A stretch of 64,000 bases of DNA from Phycisphaerae bacterium (GTDB lineage Bacteria > Planctomycetota > Phycisphaerae > Phycisphaerales > UBA1924): positions 3,224-67,223 of the forward strand of contig JAUIHS010000023.1 in NCBI GenBank assembly GCA_030432255.1. Direction: 5' to 3'. Below, piece by piece: positions 1 to 11,425 of the stretch (the first letter of the stretch is position 1; each line of letters starts with the position of its first letter). The position numbers and the translations under genes are program-made. Under the pieces are notes generated by a model. The model was not told where the DNA came from, ran no database searches, and saw only the letters and a program-made list of their open reading frames with translations.

Positions 1-484
1 CGAAGAAGGGCAGACCTCGCTCGGTGGTTCCGGCATCAAGGACCCTGGCGACGTTCGGGTGATCCATCAGGGCCAGCGCCTGACGCTCCGCTTCGAAGCG
101 GGAGATGACCGCCCGCGAGTCCATCCCCGGTTTGATGATCTTGAGCGCCACGCGTCGCCGAACGGGCTCCGTCTGCTCGGCGAGGAAGACCATGCCGAAG
201 CCACCCTCTCCCAGCATTCGCAGGATTCGGTATCTCCCGACCTGGGCGGGAATGACGCTTGGGTCCGGCGTCACAAGCGTCTCGGACTCACCGTCCTGTG
301 AGTCCAGTTTCTCAAACATGTCCCGAACTGCGTCGCGGACAAGGGCATCGTTGGTGAGTTCCCGGAGTCGCGGTTCGCGCTCGCCGTGAGGGATGTCCCT
401 GATCTCATCCGCAATCCGATGGACGGACGATCTCCTGTCCGCGTCCATCGACTCGCCGCGCACTTCGCCGGAATCCTCAGGCAT
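1..484 (-). CDS. Ser/Thr protein kinase, N-terminal part (gene runs off the window start)
   Basis: This ORF is absent from the ORF track because it is open at the window edge. The reverse complement of 1..320 reads [106 protein letters not shown]. That covers Hanks kinase subdomains I-IV (GxGxxG loop, VALK lysine, helix-C Glu). The frame stays open upstream, with candidate ATGs ending at 484 or 448, so the start is uncertain. Confidence 0.8.
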   Translation of the reverse strand, partial: MPEDSGEVRGESMDADRRSSVHRIADEIRDIPHGEREPRLRELTNDALVRDAVRDMFEKLDSQDGESETLVTPDPSVIPAQVGRYRILRMLGEGGFGMVFLAEQTEPVRRRVALKIIKPGMDSRAVISRFEAERQALALMDHPNVARVLDAGTTERGLPFF

Positions 485-614
485 GCGTCCCAGCATACTT
501 GAGCGATCCCTCCGTGACATGACCCGGGTTGGGGCTTCGGCGTCGCCAATGTCAGGAACGCTTCTATGGGTCTCGCAGTGCATAATGAGGAAAATGGACT
601 CCGGAGGTTTCCCT

Positions 615-3600
615 ATGCCACACTCAGGAATTGCCCGTCGCGTCCTTTGGCTGTCGGTTGGATTGTGGGTTGTGATCGCCGCGACCCCCGGGGCAGCCGG
701 ACCGCCGCCGGTCCTCTACGTTGACGCCGACCGGCCGGGCGGTGACGGCAGTTCGTGGAGCGAAGCCTTCACTCACCTGCAGGATGCGCTCTCCGTGGTG
801 GCCGGGCCGGCGGAGATCTGGATCGCCGAAGGGACGTACATGCCCAACGGGAGCCGCGTCAATGACGCCGGCTTTCAGGATGTCAGCGGCGGGGTCTATG
901 ACCGTACAGCGACCTTCCTGGTCGCACCCGGGACCACGATCCGCGGCGGTTTTGCTGGCACCGAGGCCGAGCCTGACGATCGCGCCGGCGACCACCTGAC
1001 GATTCTCTCCGGTGCGATGGACAACGCGAGCCTGTTCAGCCGCCGCTCCTACAACGTCGTGCGTGTGGAATCCGCGGCGATCGGGCCTGTCATCCTGGAA
1101 TCGCTGGTGATCGAAAAGGGCAACTCAGAGAGCCCGGCGAGCGAAGGAGACGGCGGCGGCATCAACGTGCGAACCAACGTGCTGCTTGATCTTCGCGACG
1201 TGATCGTGCAGCAATGCCAGGCGCAGATGCGGGGCGCGGGAGTCTGGTCAGCGGGGCGTGTGATCATCAAGCGAAGTCGGTTTGAGGAGAACGAGTCCGG
1301 GGCCGGTGGTGGCGCGATCAACGTGCGCCGTGACCTGTCGGAGGGGAGCCACCTGGTTGTTCAGTGCGAGTTCATCTCCAACGATGCGGGTCAGAATGGC
1401 GGCGCGATTCTCGTCTCCGGCATTCCCGAGGGCCCCGTGCTCATGCAGGTGCAGAACAGCCTGTTCCATGACTGTAGTGCCATCCAGTTCGGTGGTGCCG
1501 TGAGTGGCAACCCCGGCACGGAGGTTCGGCTGCACAACTGCCTGCTGCTCAATAACGAGGCCGGCGTGGGGGGTGCCGTGAGTGTGACCGGCCCGGACAC
1601 CCGAGGACGAGTGCACAACTGCACATTCTCGAGCAACAACGCCATCATGGGCGGGATGGGCGGCGACCTGCACATCGGGTCGGGCAACGAACTTCGGGTC
1701 TTCAACTCACTGTTTGCCTACGACAGTGCCGAGCCAACGACGCTCGCTGAGATCGGCGGCGGTGGTATTCTCGCATTTCGAGATTGCATGACCGACAATC
1801 CGGCGCCGTTTGCCGGGGGTGCCACTCTCGACGGGACGCCGGAGTACCAGTCCCAACTGAGCTTCATCGACGTCGATGGCGCCGACGATATCAGGGGAAC
1901 TCTGGACGACGACCTTCGCCTGTCTCCGGACTCACCGGCCATTGATCGGGGGCACAACTACTGGTATCTCGATGAGGCGTACAGTGACGAGACGCAGACG
2001 ACCGACAATGGACGCGACTTGCTCGATCTCAACGGGAACGGATCGACCGACCGTGAGTATCTGCCCATCGATCTGCAGCAGGGGCTGCGATTTCTTGATG
2101 TCGACACTGTCCCGGACGCCGTGGTGTGTACCGCCGTGGATGACACCGTACCCGTCGGGGATGGTGTTGACACCGAATTCGGAGGCATCCTGCCGTGTAT
2201 CGACCTGGGATGCTACGAGGTTCAATCGTGCATGGACTGCCCGGGATCTCGACGTTGGCTCAACGTGGCGGGTGGCAACTTCGAGGATGCCTTCAACTGG
2301 TTCCCGGCACTGCCCGGTGATCTGAACATCGCCGCTATCGGCCAGAGCGGCGCCGGTGCATACACGATCCAACTCAACTCGTCGCGGGAGAATCTCGCGC
2401 TGAGTGTTGAAGACAATGACGTCACAATCGACCTGGGCCAGAATATCTACCTGCTCAATGCTGTCGTTGAACCCTCCGTGAATGTCACTGGCACGAGTGT
2501 CCCGGGGCCGCACCTCTTTGTCACCAATGGCATGCTGGCCGGGGAGAGCCTGCTCATCGGGGAACTGCCCAAGTCCCGTGGGTCCGTCACCATCGACGGC
2601 GCTCAGACCCTGCTCGACTTCAATCGGAACCTCTCCGTTGGGGTATTCGGCGAGGCGAGCATGGAGATCTGCGACGGCGCTTCCGTCTTCGCGCTCACCG
2701 TCGGGGTCGGCGAGCAGGCCGGGTCCAGCGGTGATCTCGTTGTTTCCGACGGCTCGGAACTGCTCACAACTGACGTTCAGATCGCCGAGGGATCACTCGC
2801 TGTTCAAGGCACCGGCGTCGTGGATGCGACCGTTCTTCCGTCGGGAGACATCACCGTTCTCTCGGGTGGTGTCGTCCGCGGCGATGGCACACTGGTTGGA
2901 GATGTCATCAACTTCGGAAAGGTCGAAGCCGCACTGGGGGCGTCCGGTATCCGCGGCACAGGTGCGCTGACCGTTCTCGGAGACTACTACCAGCCCGGAG
3001 CAATCCCGCAGATTGATTCGATCGGCGGCATCCTGCAATCCGAGGTCTCCGGTGGCACATCGACCGAAGCAACCAGGCTGGCGGTTCAGGGCGATGCAAC
3101 GGTCGCAGGGGGACTGCTGGTGCGCTTCGCCGAGGGCTCGCCCGCCATCGACCCGGCAGAACTCGACGGACTCACGTTCCTGCAGGCAGACGCCGCGACG
3201 GGGCGGTTTGATGTCGCGCTCATGCCCGCCATCGCGCCGGATGCCGGTGGCAATGTCCGGTTCCTGCGCGTGGTTTATCCGAGTGATCCCGGTGCCGCCC
3301 GCGGCACGGGCGAGATCACGCTGACGGTGGAGACGCTTGGAGTTGGTGGCCCCAGTTTGGGCGTCGAGTCCACTGGTGCGCTGAGCCAGCAGCCGGTTGC
3401 CGCGGCGGTCGGCGATGTCGGCCGGTTCACCCCGGGCGGTCCGGACGGTGCGGAGGACCTGGTCGTGATCTACCCGGACGGCACCGGGATTGTGCTGTAC
3501 AACGTCGGCGGCGCCTTTGATGCTCCGGGGAGTGGAACATCCCAGTTCAGCGTGGGCGCCGGAACTGATCCGACGGATGTCGCCGTCGGAGACGTGAATG

Positions 3601-4667
3601 ACGACTCACTCGCGGATGTTGTGATCACGAATCGTGGGAGCGACAACGTCGCGATCCTTCTGAACGATGGAGACGGCCTCTTTCCATCGTTCTACGGTGT
3701 GGGTGTCGGCACGGCGCCGGTGGCGGTTGCGCTGGGAGACCTCGACGGTGATGGGCGCCCGGAGATCCTGACCGCGAATGAGGAGAGCGACGACCTCGCG
3801 GTGGTCTACAACGACGGTGGGGACGACAGCAGTGAATGGCGGGGCGCGACCTTCCACCCGGTCGGCCAGCGTCCCAGCGATGTCGCCCTGGCGGACTTCG
3901 ACACGGACAAGTTCGACGACCCGATTCTCAGCGTCAGAGGCGACGATCGGATCTCGATCTTTACCAATTCGGGGACCGGCACGCTCGGTGCCCGCGTTGA
4001 TCGCACCGTGGGCGATGGTCCATCGCGCCTGATCGTCGAGGATCTCGACGCGGACGGGCGGTCGGACGTGGTCACCATCAATGAAGGCGGTGATGCAGCG
4101 GGTATCCTGCGATCCAACGGTCCGGGCTTCGGCGACTTCGCTCCCGCGGTCGAACAGCCTTTGGCCGGCACACCGCTGTCGCTCGTTGCGGTGGATCTCG
4201 ACGAGGATGCGGATCGCGATCTTGCGATCGTGGTGGACTTCGAGGGCGTCCGTTCGATCGCCTACTACCGCAACGACTACTTCGGGCCCACGGATGACCT
4301 CATCCTGACTGACATCACCGGGGATCCCGGGCTGCCTGATGTCTCCGGTCCCCAGATCGTTCTGCGCTCCGATGTGGACCTGGATGCGCAGGAGGACCTC
4401 GTGGTGATCAACGACGGGAGCGGGGCACGAAGCGCGCACGCTGCGCGGGGCGCAACGCCGGAGCGGGTACGAGTCTTCCTGCCCCTGGGCTGTCCAGGCG
4501 ACGCCGATGGGAGTGGCAGCGTGGACTTCACCGACCTCAATCTTGTCCTCGCAGGCTGGGGAGGCCCCGGCGACGGGGATGTGTTCCCCGTCCCGGGTGG
4601 CGATGGAGTCATCAATTTCGATGATCTCAATGCGGTCCTCGCTCAGTGGGGAGCGTCCTGCAACTGA
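615..4667 (+). CDS. Giant secreted protein: right-handed beta-helix (PbH1/Pmp-like) repeats, FG-GAP/VCBS-like repeats and a C-terminal dockerin-like module
   Basis: Track ORF 393..4667. I moved the start to ATG 615, which has GGAGG 7 nt upstream and gives the signal peptide [29 protein letters not shown]. The N-terminal third has GGAI/GGAV-type beta-helix repeats. The region from about 3400 to 4300 has repeated D-x-D/N-x-D-G-x-x-D(L/V)V segments (for example [30 protein letters not shown] and [26 protein letters not shown]), which are FG-GAP/VCBS-like. The protein ends [24 protein letters not shown]...[22 protein letters not shown]. Confidence 0.8.
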   Translation: MPHSGIARRVLWLSVGLWVVIAATPGAAGPPPVLYVDADRPGGDGSSWSEAFTHLQDALSVVAGPAEIWIAEGTYMPNGSRVNDAGFQDVSGGVYDRTATFLVAPGTTIRGGFAGTEAEPDDRAGDHLTILSGAMDNASLFSRRSYNVVRVESAAIGPVILESLVIEKGNSESPASEGDGGGINVRTNVLLDLRDVIVQQCQAQMRGAGVWSAGRVIIKRSRFEENESGAGGGAINVRRDLSEGSHLVVQCEFISNDAGQNGGAILVSGIPEGPVLMQVQNSLFHDCSAIQFGGAVSGNPGTEVRLHNCLLLNNEAGVGGAVSVTGPDTRGRVHNCTFSSNNAIMGGMGGDLHIGSGNELRVFNSLFAYDSAEPTTLAEIGGGGILAFRDCMTDNPAPFAGGATLDGTPEYQSQLSFIDVDGADDIRGTLDDDLRLSPDSPAIDRGHNYWYLDEAYSDETQTTDNGRDLLDLNGNGSTDREYLPIDLQQGLRFLDVDTVPDAVVCTAVDDTVPVGDGVDTEFGGILPCIDLGCYEVQSCMDCPGSRRWLNVAGGNFEDAFNWFPALPGDLNIAAIGQSGAGAYTIQLNSSRENLALSVEDNDVTIDLGQNIYLLNAVVEPSVNVTGTSVPGPHLFVTNGMLAGESLLIGELPKSRGSVTIDGAQTLLDFNRNLSVGVFGEASMEICDGASVFALTVGVGEQAGSSGDLVVSDGSELLTTDVQIAEGSLAVQGTGVVDATVLPSGDITVLSGGVVRGDGTLVGDVINFGKVEAALGASGIRGTGALTVLGDYYQPGAIPQIDSIGGILQSEVSGGTSTEATRLAVQGDATVAGGLLVRFAEGSPAIDPAELDGLTFLQADAATGRFDVALMPAIAPDAGGNVRFLRVVYPSDPGAARGTGEITLTVETLGVGGPSLGVESTGALSQQPVAAAVGDVGRFTPGGPDGAEDLVVIYPDGTGIVLYNVGGAFDAPGSGTSQFSVGAGTDPTDVAVGDVNDDSLADVVITNRGSDNVAILLNDGDGLFPSFYGVGVGTAPVAVALGDLDGDGRPEILTANEESDDLAVVYNDGGDDSSEWRGATFHPVGQRPSDVALADFDTDKFDDPILSVRGDDRISIFTNSGTGTLGARVDRTVGDGPSRLIVEDLDADGRSDVVTINEGGDAAGILRSNGPGFGDFAPAVEQPLAGTPLSLVAVDLDEDADRDLAIVVDFEGVRSIAYYRNDYFGPTDDLILTDITGDPGLPDVSGPQIVLRSDVDLDAQEDLVVINDGSGARSAHAARGATPERVRVFLPLGCPGDADGSGSVDFTDLNLVLAGWGGPGDGDVFPVPGGDGVINFDDLNAVLAQWGASCN

Positions 4668-4796
4668 GCAGAAAATGTCCAGATTCCGATCTCTCGCCGG
4701 GCGCGCGCCGCGCGGGCTGCCAGAGGGATGGTGAACAGCCTCCCGCGGCGGCCGGATGGACCGGCCTTCCCGAAGGAGGATCGGAAAGGACATGCC

Positions 4797-6430
4797 ATGC
4801 AGGTCAAGACATCTACTTCATCGTGTTCGACTTCCCGCTTTGACCGGCGCTCGCGTCTGGCGATCGCTTCCCTGCTTGTCATCGCCGGCGCTGCGACGTC
4901 GGCAGTGCAGGGGGCGAACATTTACGTCGACGCCAGCGCCTTCGGCCCGGAGGACGGTTCATTCTTTGACCCGTTCAACACGATTCAGGAGGGCATCGAC
5001 GCGGCTTCACCTGGTGACACGGTCGTCGTCCGAGATGGCGTCTATCAGGGCGCGGGCAACACCAGTCTCCTGCTCCCCTGCAACAATATCACCATTCGCT
5101 CCTCCAATGGATGGGGTTTCACGACCATCGACGGCAGTGCGGGAGGGTCCGGGTTCATCATCAACGGCCCCGGCGTTTCTGCTGGCACATCCCGGATCGA
5201 GGGCTTCCGCTTCGTCAACCTGTTCCATCCCATCGGGGGCGCCGCCATCGACTGTGAGGACTGCACTATCGAGGTGGTTGACTGCCAGTTCGAATCCAAT
5301 TCGGCCCGCTCGTATGGTGGCGCGGCATCGTTCGTGGACTCGGTCGTGGACATGGACGCCTGTGGATTCGAGTCGAATACGACGGATGATGGCGGCGCCG
5401 TCTACTTCAACCGAAGTGACGCGACCGTCGCGAATTGCAGTTTCACAGCAGGCCATGTGGCGGAGGAACTTGGCGGAGCCATGTTCATCACCGGTCAGAG
5501 CGATGTCACCATCACCGACTCCGCCTTTTCCGGAAGTCATGCGGAAGAGGACGGCGGCGAGATCGCTGTTCGAAGTGCCAGCCTGCTGTCCGTCAGCAAC
5601 TCGACCTTCTCTGACAGCAGTGCAACCTGGAACGGCGGGGCGATCCACGCCCGTGCCGCGAGCGTGACCCTGGACCAGGTGAGCTTCAATGCAACAGAAG
5701 CGGAGGATCGGCGCGGCGGTGCTCTGATGGCGGTCGAAGAGACCTGGGTCATCATCTCGAACTCGAACTTTCTCAACTGCTCCTCCTACCGGGGTGGTGG
5801 TGCCATCTTCGCCGACGACAGCACGATCGAAGTCAGTGCCTCGTCCTTTGGTGGCAATGACGCTGGCACTCAGGGCGGTGCGCTCCGTCTGCGCTCTGGG
5901 GCTGCCGGTACGGTCACAAACGTTGACTTTGACGGCAACTCTGCTCAGTGGGATGGCGGCGCCATCACGAGTTCCGATGGATCCACGCTCTCTGTCAGCG
6001 GCAACTCGACATTCACGAGCAATACCGCCGCGACCGATGGCGGGGCCATCTCCAGTACGGATGCGAGTGAACTCACGGTTGCGAACACAACTTTCGCAGA
6101 GAACGTCGCTGAACGGGGCGGTGCCGTGTTCACTGAGAATGCCGCGGCTACGACCCTGGTTGACGGGTCGGAGTTTTACGAGAACATCGCCATGTCCGAC
6201 AACGGGGGCGCGATCAGCAGCGTCTTCGGCCAGCTCGACGTCAGCAACAGTCACTTCAACGACAATGAGGCTCTGTCTGGCTATGGCGGCGGCGTTTCGA
6301 CCAGCAGTGAGACCAGTCTGACCGTGAATGGGTCGACGTTCACTCGCAACAGGGCCCTTTCGGGAGGCGGACTCAGTGCCGAGAACGTCGGAGCCACCAC
6401 ATGGCTCAACGACTGCATCTTCAAGGACGC
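4797..6430 (+). CDS. Secreted polymorphic-membrane-protein/PbH1-like beta-helix repeat protein, 3' end disrupted (nominal ORF runs to 6932)
   Basis: Track ORF 4728..6932. ATG 4797 has GGAAAGGA upstream and gives the signal peptide RLAIASLLVIAGAATSAVQG. More than 15 repeats follow of the form ...F.xN.A.xxGGA(I/L/V/M)..., for example NSARSYGGAASF, TTDDGGAVYF, SSATWNGGAIHA, AATDGGAISS and AERGGAVFT. The repeat rhythm and coding-like composition stop after ...TTWLNDCIFKD at about 6428. Downstream the frame is only the antisense of the neighbouring gene. Confidence 0.6.
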
Positions 6431-8228
6431 CGCCGCTCTGGACCGTCAGGCTGCCGCCGATCACGCCCGTGCCATCGAGCCTCACACCCTCGAACATGAC
6501 GGGCCCGGTGCCGGTGAGCGAGGCGAACTGCCGCGCGGCGTCCTTCAGGCGCAGGCTCCCGTCGGTCACCGTGAGACCGCCCGAGTAGTTCGCGTCGTGC
6601 GCCAGTTCAAGCATTCCGGTTCCGATTTTCTCGATGCTGCCGGGACCGCCGGCCGCGTCAATGATCTGGAAATCGATGGTCGAGGTTCCGGGATCGTCAG
6701 TCAGGACAAGTGCGCTGCCGTTCGCGGAATCGCTGATCTCCACGAGTGGATTGGCGTCGAGGTACACGGTGAGTCTCGGCGTGGTGAGGACGCCGCCGTT
6801 GACGGAGATCGAACTGGAGTCCATGAAGACGTCAATGCCGTCCGATGCGGACACCGACCCGCCATCGGTGATGGACAATCCACCAGTGCCGCCGTACTGC
6901 CCCGAGTGGTAGCCCCCGAGGAAGAGTCTTGATATCCCGAGCGTCGAGCCCGTGCCCTGCACAGTGATCGTCCCGAAGTTGTTCGCCGACAAGCCTGCGA
7001 CGATGGCGTCGGCTACGACGTCACCTCCACTCTCGATCAGGAGCGCGCCGTCAGCGCTGGCGGTCGTGTTGCCCCCGACGACGAGCCACGGCTCCGAGCC
7101 CAGGGTGACATCCAACAGACCTCCATTGGAGACCGTCAGGGTGCAAGGGGAACCGGACCCTCCCAGGTCGAGCCGGCTCGCCAGCGCGTGAGACCCGGAG
7201 CCGGTGATCAGCATCTCAGCGCCATTCACAATCCAGCAACTCCCTTCGTAGACGCCACCGGTGCCGGTGCTCGGCATCTGAACCGTGGCGCCGCCTCGGA
7301 CTTCCACAGCCGTACCCACCCCGGAGATCGTCATCTCCTGCAAGCCGTCGGCTGGCATCGTGAGTGTGGCACCGTCGAGTACGAATCTGCCGCCATATGA
7401 ATCGAACCCGCCGACCGTTGCGCTCCCGGTCAGGGTGTGTGATTGCGATCCCTGGATCTGAATCGTGGACGTCTCGTCCCCCGTGATCGTACCTCGGTAG
7501 GTTGCGTCGAAATCCGCGCCGGCCAGCGTGAGTCGGTTGCTCTCGAGTTCGACTGTCCCGGTGGCGTCGCCCCAGAGCGCACCGATCGTCTCATTGTTGA
7601 GCAGACGAAGCGTTCCGGCCAGTTCGACGCCGATGGCGTCGGTGTCCGAATACGCAGAGCCACCCCCGAGGACAACCTCGCCGTTCTGGACGGCCAGGTC
7701 ACCGCCGACGCTGTTGTTATTGCCCGCAATGATCAGCGTGCCGTCCCCCATCTTCTGCAGAGGGTCCACGTAGAAGTCGTCGCCGGAGGTGTCGAACTCG
7801 CCGATGACCTCGACGGTCATGCCCTCGGCGATGGTCCAGATCGAGTCAGGGCGAACTTCGACATTCGCCGCGATCAGGTGGGTGAGAAACGCGCCGTCCG
7901 AGGCGCACGTGAGGTCGCCGAACAACAGCGATCCGTTGGAGATGACGTACTGCGTGGAGCTCTCGAACTTCACGCTGTCGATGGTCGGTGGAAAGGTGTC
8001 CAGGTTGACCGAGAATCGCGAGGCCGCGCTGCTGAACACAGCCCGGTCGGCGGATCCGGGCATGGCGGACCAGTTCCCCGGGTTGGGCCAGAGGTTGTTG
8101 AACGTGCCGGTCCAGTAGCAGTCCGCCGCGTGGGTCGTGCCGCAGGAGGTGGCGAGCGCCATGGCCATGCAGCAGCGTGTCATCAGGGGTGTCAGTCGAT
8201 GGGCCTGAACTGTTGTCGTCGTCTTCAT
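6420..8228 (-). CDS. Secreted autotransporter-associated beta-strand-repeat-like protein, 3' end disrupted (nominal ORF runs to 5007)
   Basis: Track ORF 5007..8285. ATG 8228 gives MKTTTTVQAHRLTPLMTRCCMAMALATSCGTTHAADCYWTG (signal peptide). It then carries the motif typical of this family, FNNLWPNPGNWS, followed by repeats of the type K(M/I)GxGxLxLxGxNxYxGGLTVxxGxLxL (KMGDGTLIIAGNNNSVGGDLAVQNGEVVLGG; EKIGTGMLELAHDANYSGGLTVTDGSLRL). It is credible only down to ...GGSLTVQSGGVL at about 6423. Beyond that the frame is antisense of the Pmp-like gene. Confidence 0.6.
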
Positions 8229-8435
8229 GTCTGTACCTCGTCTTCCGGGTGGCTGGTGTGTTCTCGCGACAGTCGGATGTGGCATCGCTCCAATGGAGGA
8301 GCGTCACCTCTCCCCTGAAACGCAGGGCGTCGCCGGGCTCCCTGACGAAATGTCAATCCATCTCGAAAAAGTCGGCACAGACTCGTTGGTGTTCCGTTAG
8401 GGGCTGGTCGGCCTGACGTACAATGAGTCGAAAGA

Positions 8436-9026
8436 GTGATGCCCATGCCGCCGAATGACCATCACGATGCGACTGCGCTGCTGAACCGAATGAGCGACGG
8501 AGATTCCGCCGCAGCCAGCGACCTCCTGCCCTTGGTGTACGAGCACCTTCGCGCGGTGGCAGGCAGTTACTTCCGCGGCCAGCCCGCCAATCATTCACTC
8601 CAACCGACTGCGCTGGTGCACGAGGCCTATCTGAAACTGGTCAACTCGCCGAGCAGCGACTGGAACGGGCGGGTGCACTTCTGCGCCGTCGCGGCCACCG
8701 CGATGCGGCAGATCCTGCACGACCGCGCCCGTCGCCGGAAGGCCGCGAAGCGGGGCGGCGGAGACGCACGCCGGCTCCCGCTCGAGCACATCGAGACACC
8801 CACGGGTGGAACCAGAATCGACCTGCTCGCGCTCGACGAAGCGCTGGACAAGCTGACCGAACTGGCGCCGCGCCAGGCCCGCATCATCGAACTGCGCTTC
8901 TTCGGCGGACTGACCATCGAACAGACCACCGAGGTGCTCGGCGTGTCGCACGCAACAGTGGAGAATGACTGGCGCGTGGCGCGGGCGTGGCTCAGCCGGG
9001 AACTGCAGAGCGGAGAGGGCGAGTGA
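8436..9026 (+). CDS. ECF-type RNA polymerase sigma factor (kinase-associated ECF group)
   Basis: 196 aa. LLPLVYEHLRAVAGSYFRGQPANHSLQPTALVHEAYLKLV is a sigma-70 region 2. APRQARIIELRFFGGLTIEQTTEVLGVSHATVENDWRVARAWL is a region 4.2 HTH. The layout matches the ECF family that is typically encoded next to Ser/Thr kinases instead of anti-sigma factors. Confidence 0.9.
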   Translation: MMPMPPNDHHDATALLNRMSDGDSAAASDLLPLVYEHLRAVAGSYFRGQPANHSLQPTALVHEAYLKLVNSPSSDWNGRVHFCAVAATAMRQILHDRARRRKAAKRGGGDARRLPLEHIETPTGGTRIDLLALDEALDKLTELAPRQARIIELRFFGGLTIEQTTEVLGVSHATVENDWRVARAWLSRELQSGEGE

Positions 9027-11425
9027 ACGCCGCGGAGCGGTATCAGAAGGCCGTCGAACTCTTCCACGAGGCCGCCCAACTCCCGACTGAAGCGCGCAGC
9101 GAGTTCCTGCAGCAAAGTTGCGGTGACGATGCGGCACTGCGGGAAGAAGTCGAGTCGCTGCTGGAACATGACGACGCGGAGGGCGATCTCTTCGGTCCGG
9201 GCAAAGGCGTCGAGATGCTCGCCGAGGACCTGTTCGGAGATCAGGCGGACGACCTCACCGTGGCCGGTCCGCTTCCGGGCCGCATCGGACCGTATCGGAT
9301 TCTCCGGCTGATCGGCCGCGGCGGGATGGGGCTCATCTACGAGGCCGAGCAGGACTCCCCGCGCCGGCGAGTTGCGCTCAAGGTTCTCCAGGCCGGTGCG
9401 GTCAACGTATCGATGCTGCATCGTTTTCGGCAGGAGGCTCAGCTTCTCGGCCAACTACAGCATCCCGGCATCGCGCAGGTCTTCGAAGCGAGTGTTGCTG
9501 AGATCAATGGCGCTCGACAGCCATTCTTTGCCATGGAGTTCATCGACGGTCTGCCGCTAGACCAGCACGCCGAGTCTCACGGATTGAACCTCCGGCAGAA
9601 GCTCGAGTTGGTCGCTCGTGTCTGTGATGCGGTGCAGCACGCGCATCAAAAGGGTGTGATCCATCGCGATCTCAAGCCTGCCAACGTTCTCGTCGTGACA
9701 CAGTCGATCGGATCGCAGGCCACGACCGGGAGCGCCCTCACCGTTGATGAGATCGGGTTGCCCAAGGTGCTCGACTTCGGTGTCGCTCGTGTGACGGACG
9801 CAGATGTGCAAGGTGCGACACTGCACACCGAGGTCGGGCAACTCATCGGCACGATCGCATATATGAGCCCCGAGCAACTTCGCGGCGACTCGACCAGTCT
9901 CGACACCCGGTGCGACGTGCACGCGCTGGGTGTCATTGCGTACGAACTGCTCGCGGGCACGCTTCCGCACGATCCCTCAGGACTCTCCGCGGCGGAGGCC
10001 ATCCGTCGGGTGCAGGAGACGGAGCCAACCCGTCTCGGGATCCGCGTGCCAACCCTTCGCGGCGACGTCGAGACCATCGTCGCCAAGGCGCTCGAGAAGG
10101 ATCGCGAACGCCGTTACGGCTCAGCCGCTGAACTCGCCGCGGACATCCGGCGCTTTCTCCAAGACCAGCCCATCGAGGCCCGGCCCGCCAGCCGTCTCTA
10201 CCAACTTCGGAAGTTTTCCAAGCGAAACACCGGGCTGGTTGTCGGGATCGCCGCTGCGCTCCTGGCCTTGTCCATCGGCCTCGTGTTCACGACCATCAGC
10301 GCTCGGCGCGCCCATGAGGCCACGCTTCGCGCGGAGCTGGAGAGCCAGCGCGTGAAGGAGTCAAAGCAGGATCTGGCCTTGCTGTCGGGGTTCCAGGGCG
10401 CGATTCTCAGCCGTGCGGACATGCAGGAGATGGGCAGCCTGATTCTGGGCGAGCTTGACACACTGCTTGATGAGGACCACGACAACGAGTTGCTTCGCGA
10501 TGCGCTTCGTGACGTCAACCCGGCGTCACTTGCCCGGCGGGTCGTTGACGAGAGCATCCTGACGCCCGCATCCCGTGCCGCGATCGAGGAGTTCGCGGAT
10601 CGACCGACCATCGAGGCGGATGTTCGCATGGCATTGAGCGAGTCATACTTCGAGCTTGGCATGCTCGAGCAGAGTCTGCGCGAGGTGGAGGCCGCCCTTG
10701 CACTGCGACGCGAGCATCTGGGAAACGAGCACAGCGATACGATTCACGCGATCGGGATTATCGGCACAGTTCTCAGTGCCATGGAGCGGTATGCGGAAGC
10801 GGAGTTGTGCATCGCGGAGGAACTGCGGCTGCTGCGGGCGACGCTCCCGGAGGATGACGAGAGAGTGCTTCAGGGGCGCGATCGCATGGTGGTGGTCCTG
10901 ACCGGACTGGAGCGGCTGGACGAGGCGATTGAAGCCGCGGAGGCGGTCGTGGCCGACGCCACCCGCGTGTCTCCTCCCGACGATCCCCAACTGCTGCACT
11001 TTCGCCGACATCTCGCCCGACTCTACGGGCGCACCCAGCAATTTGAGAAGGCCCTCACCATGTTCCAGATCCTGCTGGCCGACCACGAGCGCGTGTTCGG
11101 CGAGGATCATGAGCGGACCTTGATCTGTCGCTCCCATGTGGCTGGAACGCTCGCCAGGCTCGGGCGCTTTGCCGAGGCCGAACCGTTGTACGCGACACTC
11201 CAGCGCCAGGCCGAGACACGCTACGGAGAATTCGATCCACGTGCCGTCGGCCTGCTCGGCAGTCTCGCCCGAGTGAGGACAGATGCGGGCTACCGGGAAG
11301 CGGCGCTGGCCACATTCAGGCGATTGCTGGAGAGACAGAGCCAGTTTCTTCCCGATGACCATCCGGCGATCCGTGAAACGGAAGACGCAATCGAGCGATT
11401 GGAATCGACGCTGGATGGCAGATGA
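9023..11425 (+). CDS. Ser/Thr protein kinase with one transmembrane helix and a C-terminal TPR-like domain
   Basis: Track ORF 8987..11425. The likely start is GTG 9023, which overlaps the sigma factor stop as GTGA. Kinase motifs: GRGGMGLIYEA, VALKVL, HRDLKPANVLV, DFGVAR, YMSPEQ. A TM helix follows (GLVVGIAAALLALSIGLVFTTI), then tetratricopeptide-like repeats. Confidence 0.9.
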   Translation: MNAAERYQKAVELFHEAAQLPTEARSEFLQQSCGDDAALREEVESLLEHDDAEGDLFGPGKGVEMLAEDLFGDQADDLTVAGPLPGRIGPYRILRLIGRGGMGLIYEAEQDSPRRRVALKVLQAGAVNVSMLHRFRQEAQLLGQLQHPGIAQVFEASVAEINGARQPFFAMEFIDGLPLDQHAESHGLNLRQKLELVARVCDAVQHAHQKGVIHRDLKPANVLVVTQSIGSQATTGSALTVDEIGLPKVLDFGVARVTDADVQGATLHTEVGQLIGTIAYMSPEQLRGDSTSLDTRCDVHALGVIAYELLAGTLPHDPSGLSAAEAIRRVQETEPTRLGIRVPTLRGDVETIVAKALEKDRERRYGSAAELAADIRRFLQDQPIEARPASRLYQLRKFSKRNTGLVVGIAAALLALSIGLVFTTISARRAHEATLRAELESQRVKESKQDLALLSGFQGAILSRADMQEMGSLILGELDTLLDEDHDNELLRDALRDVNPASLARRVVDESILTPASRAAIEEFADRPTIEADVRMALSESYFELGMLEQSLREVEAALALRREHLGNEHSDTIHAIGIIGTVLSAMERYAEAELCIAEELRLLRATLPEDDERVLQGRDRMVVVLTGLERLDEAIEAAEAVVADATRVSPPDDPQLLHFRRHLARLYGRTQQFEKALTMFQILLADHERVFGEDHERTLICRSHVAGTLARLGRFAEAEPLYATLQRQAETRYGEFDPRAVGLLGSLARVRTDAGYREAALATFRRLLERQSQFLPDDHPAIRETEDAIERLESTLDGR

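Noticed and set aside
393-614. The N-terminal 74 codons of track ORF 393..4667 ([15 protein letters not shown]...).
   Set aside because: This stretch overlaps the divergent kinase gene and has junk-like composition. A GGAGG-preceded ATG at 615 gives a proper signal peptide.
6300-6550. Whether the tail-to-tail junction is an invertible (shufflon or phase-variation) switch.
   Set aside because: I could not find inverted repeats flanking the junction, and there is no recombinase gene in the window. Deletion or misassembly is more parsimonious.
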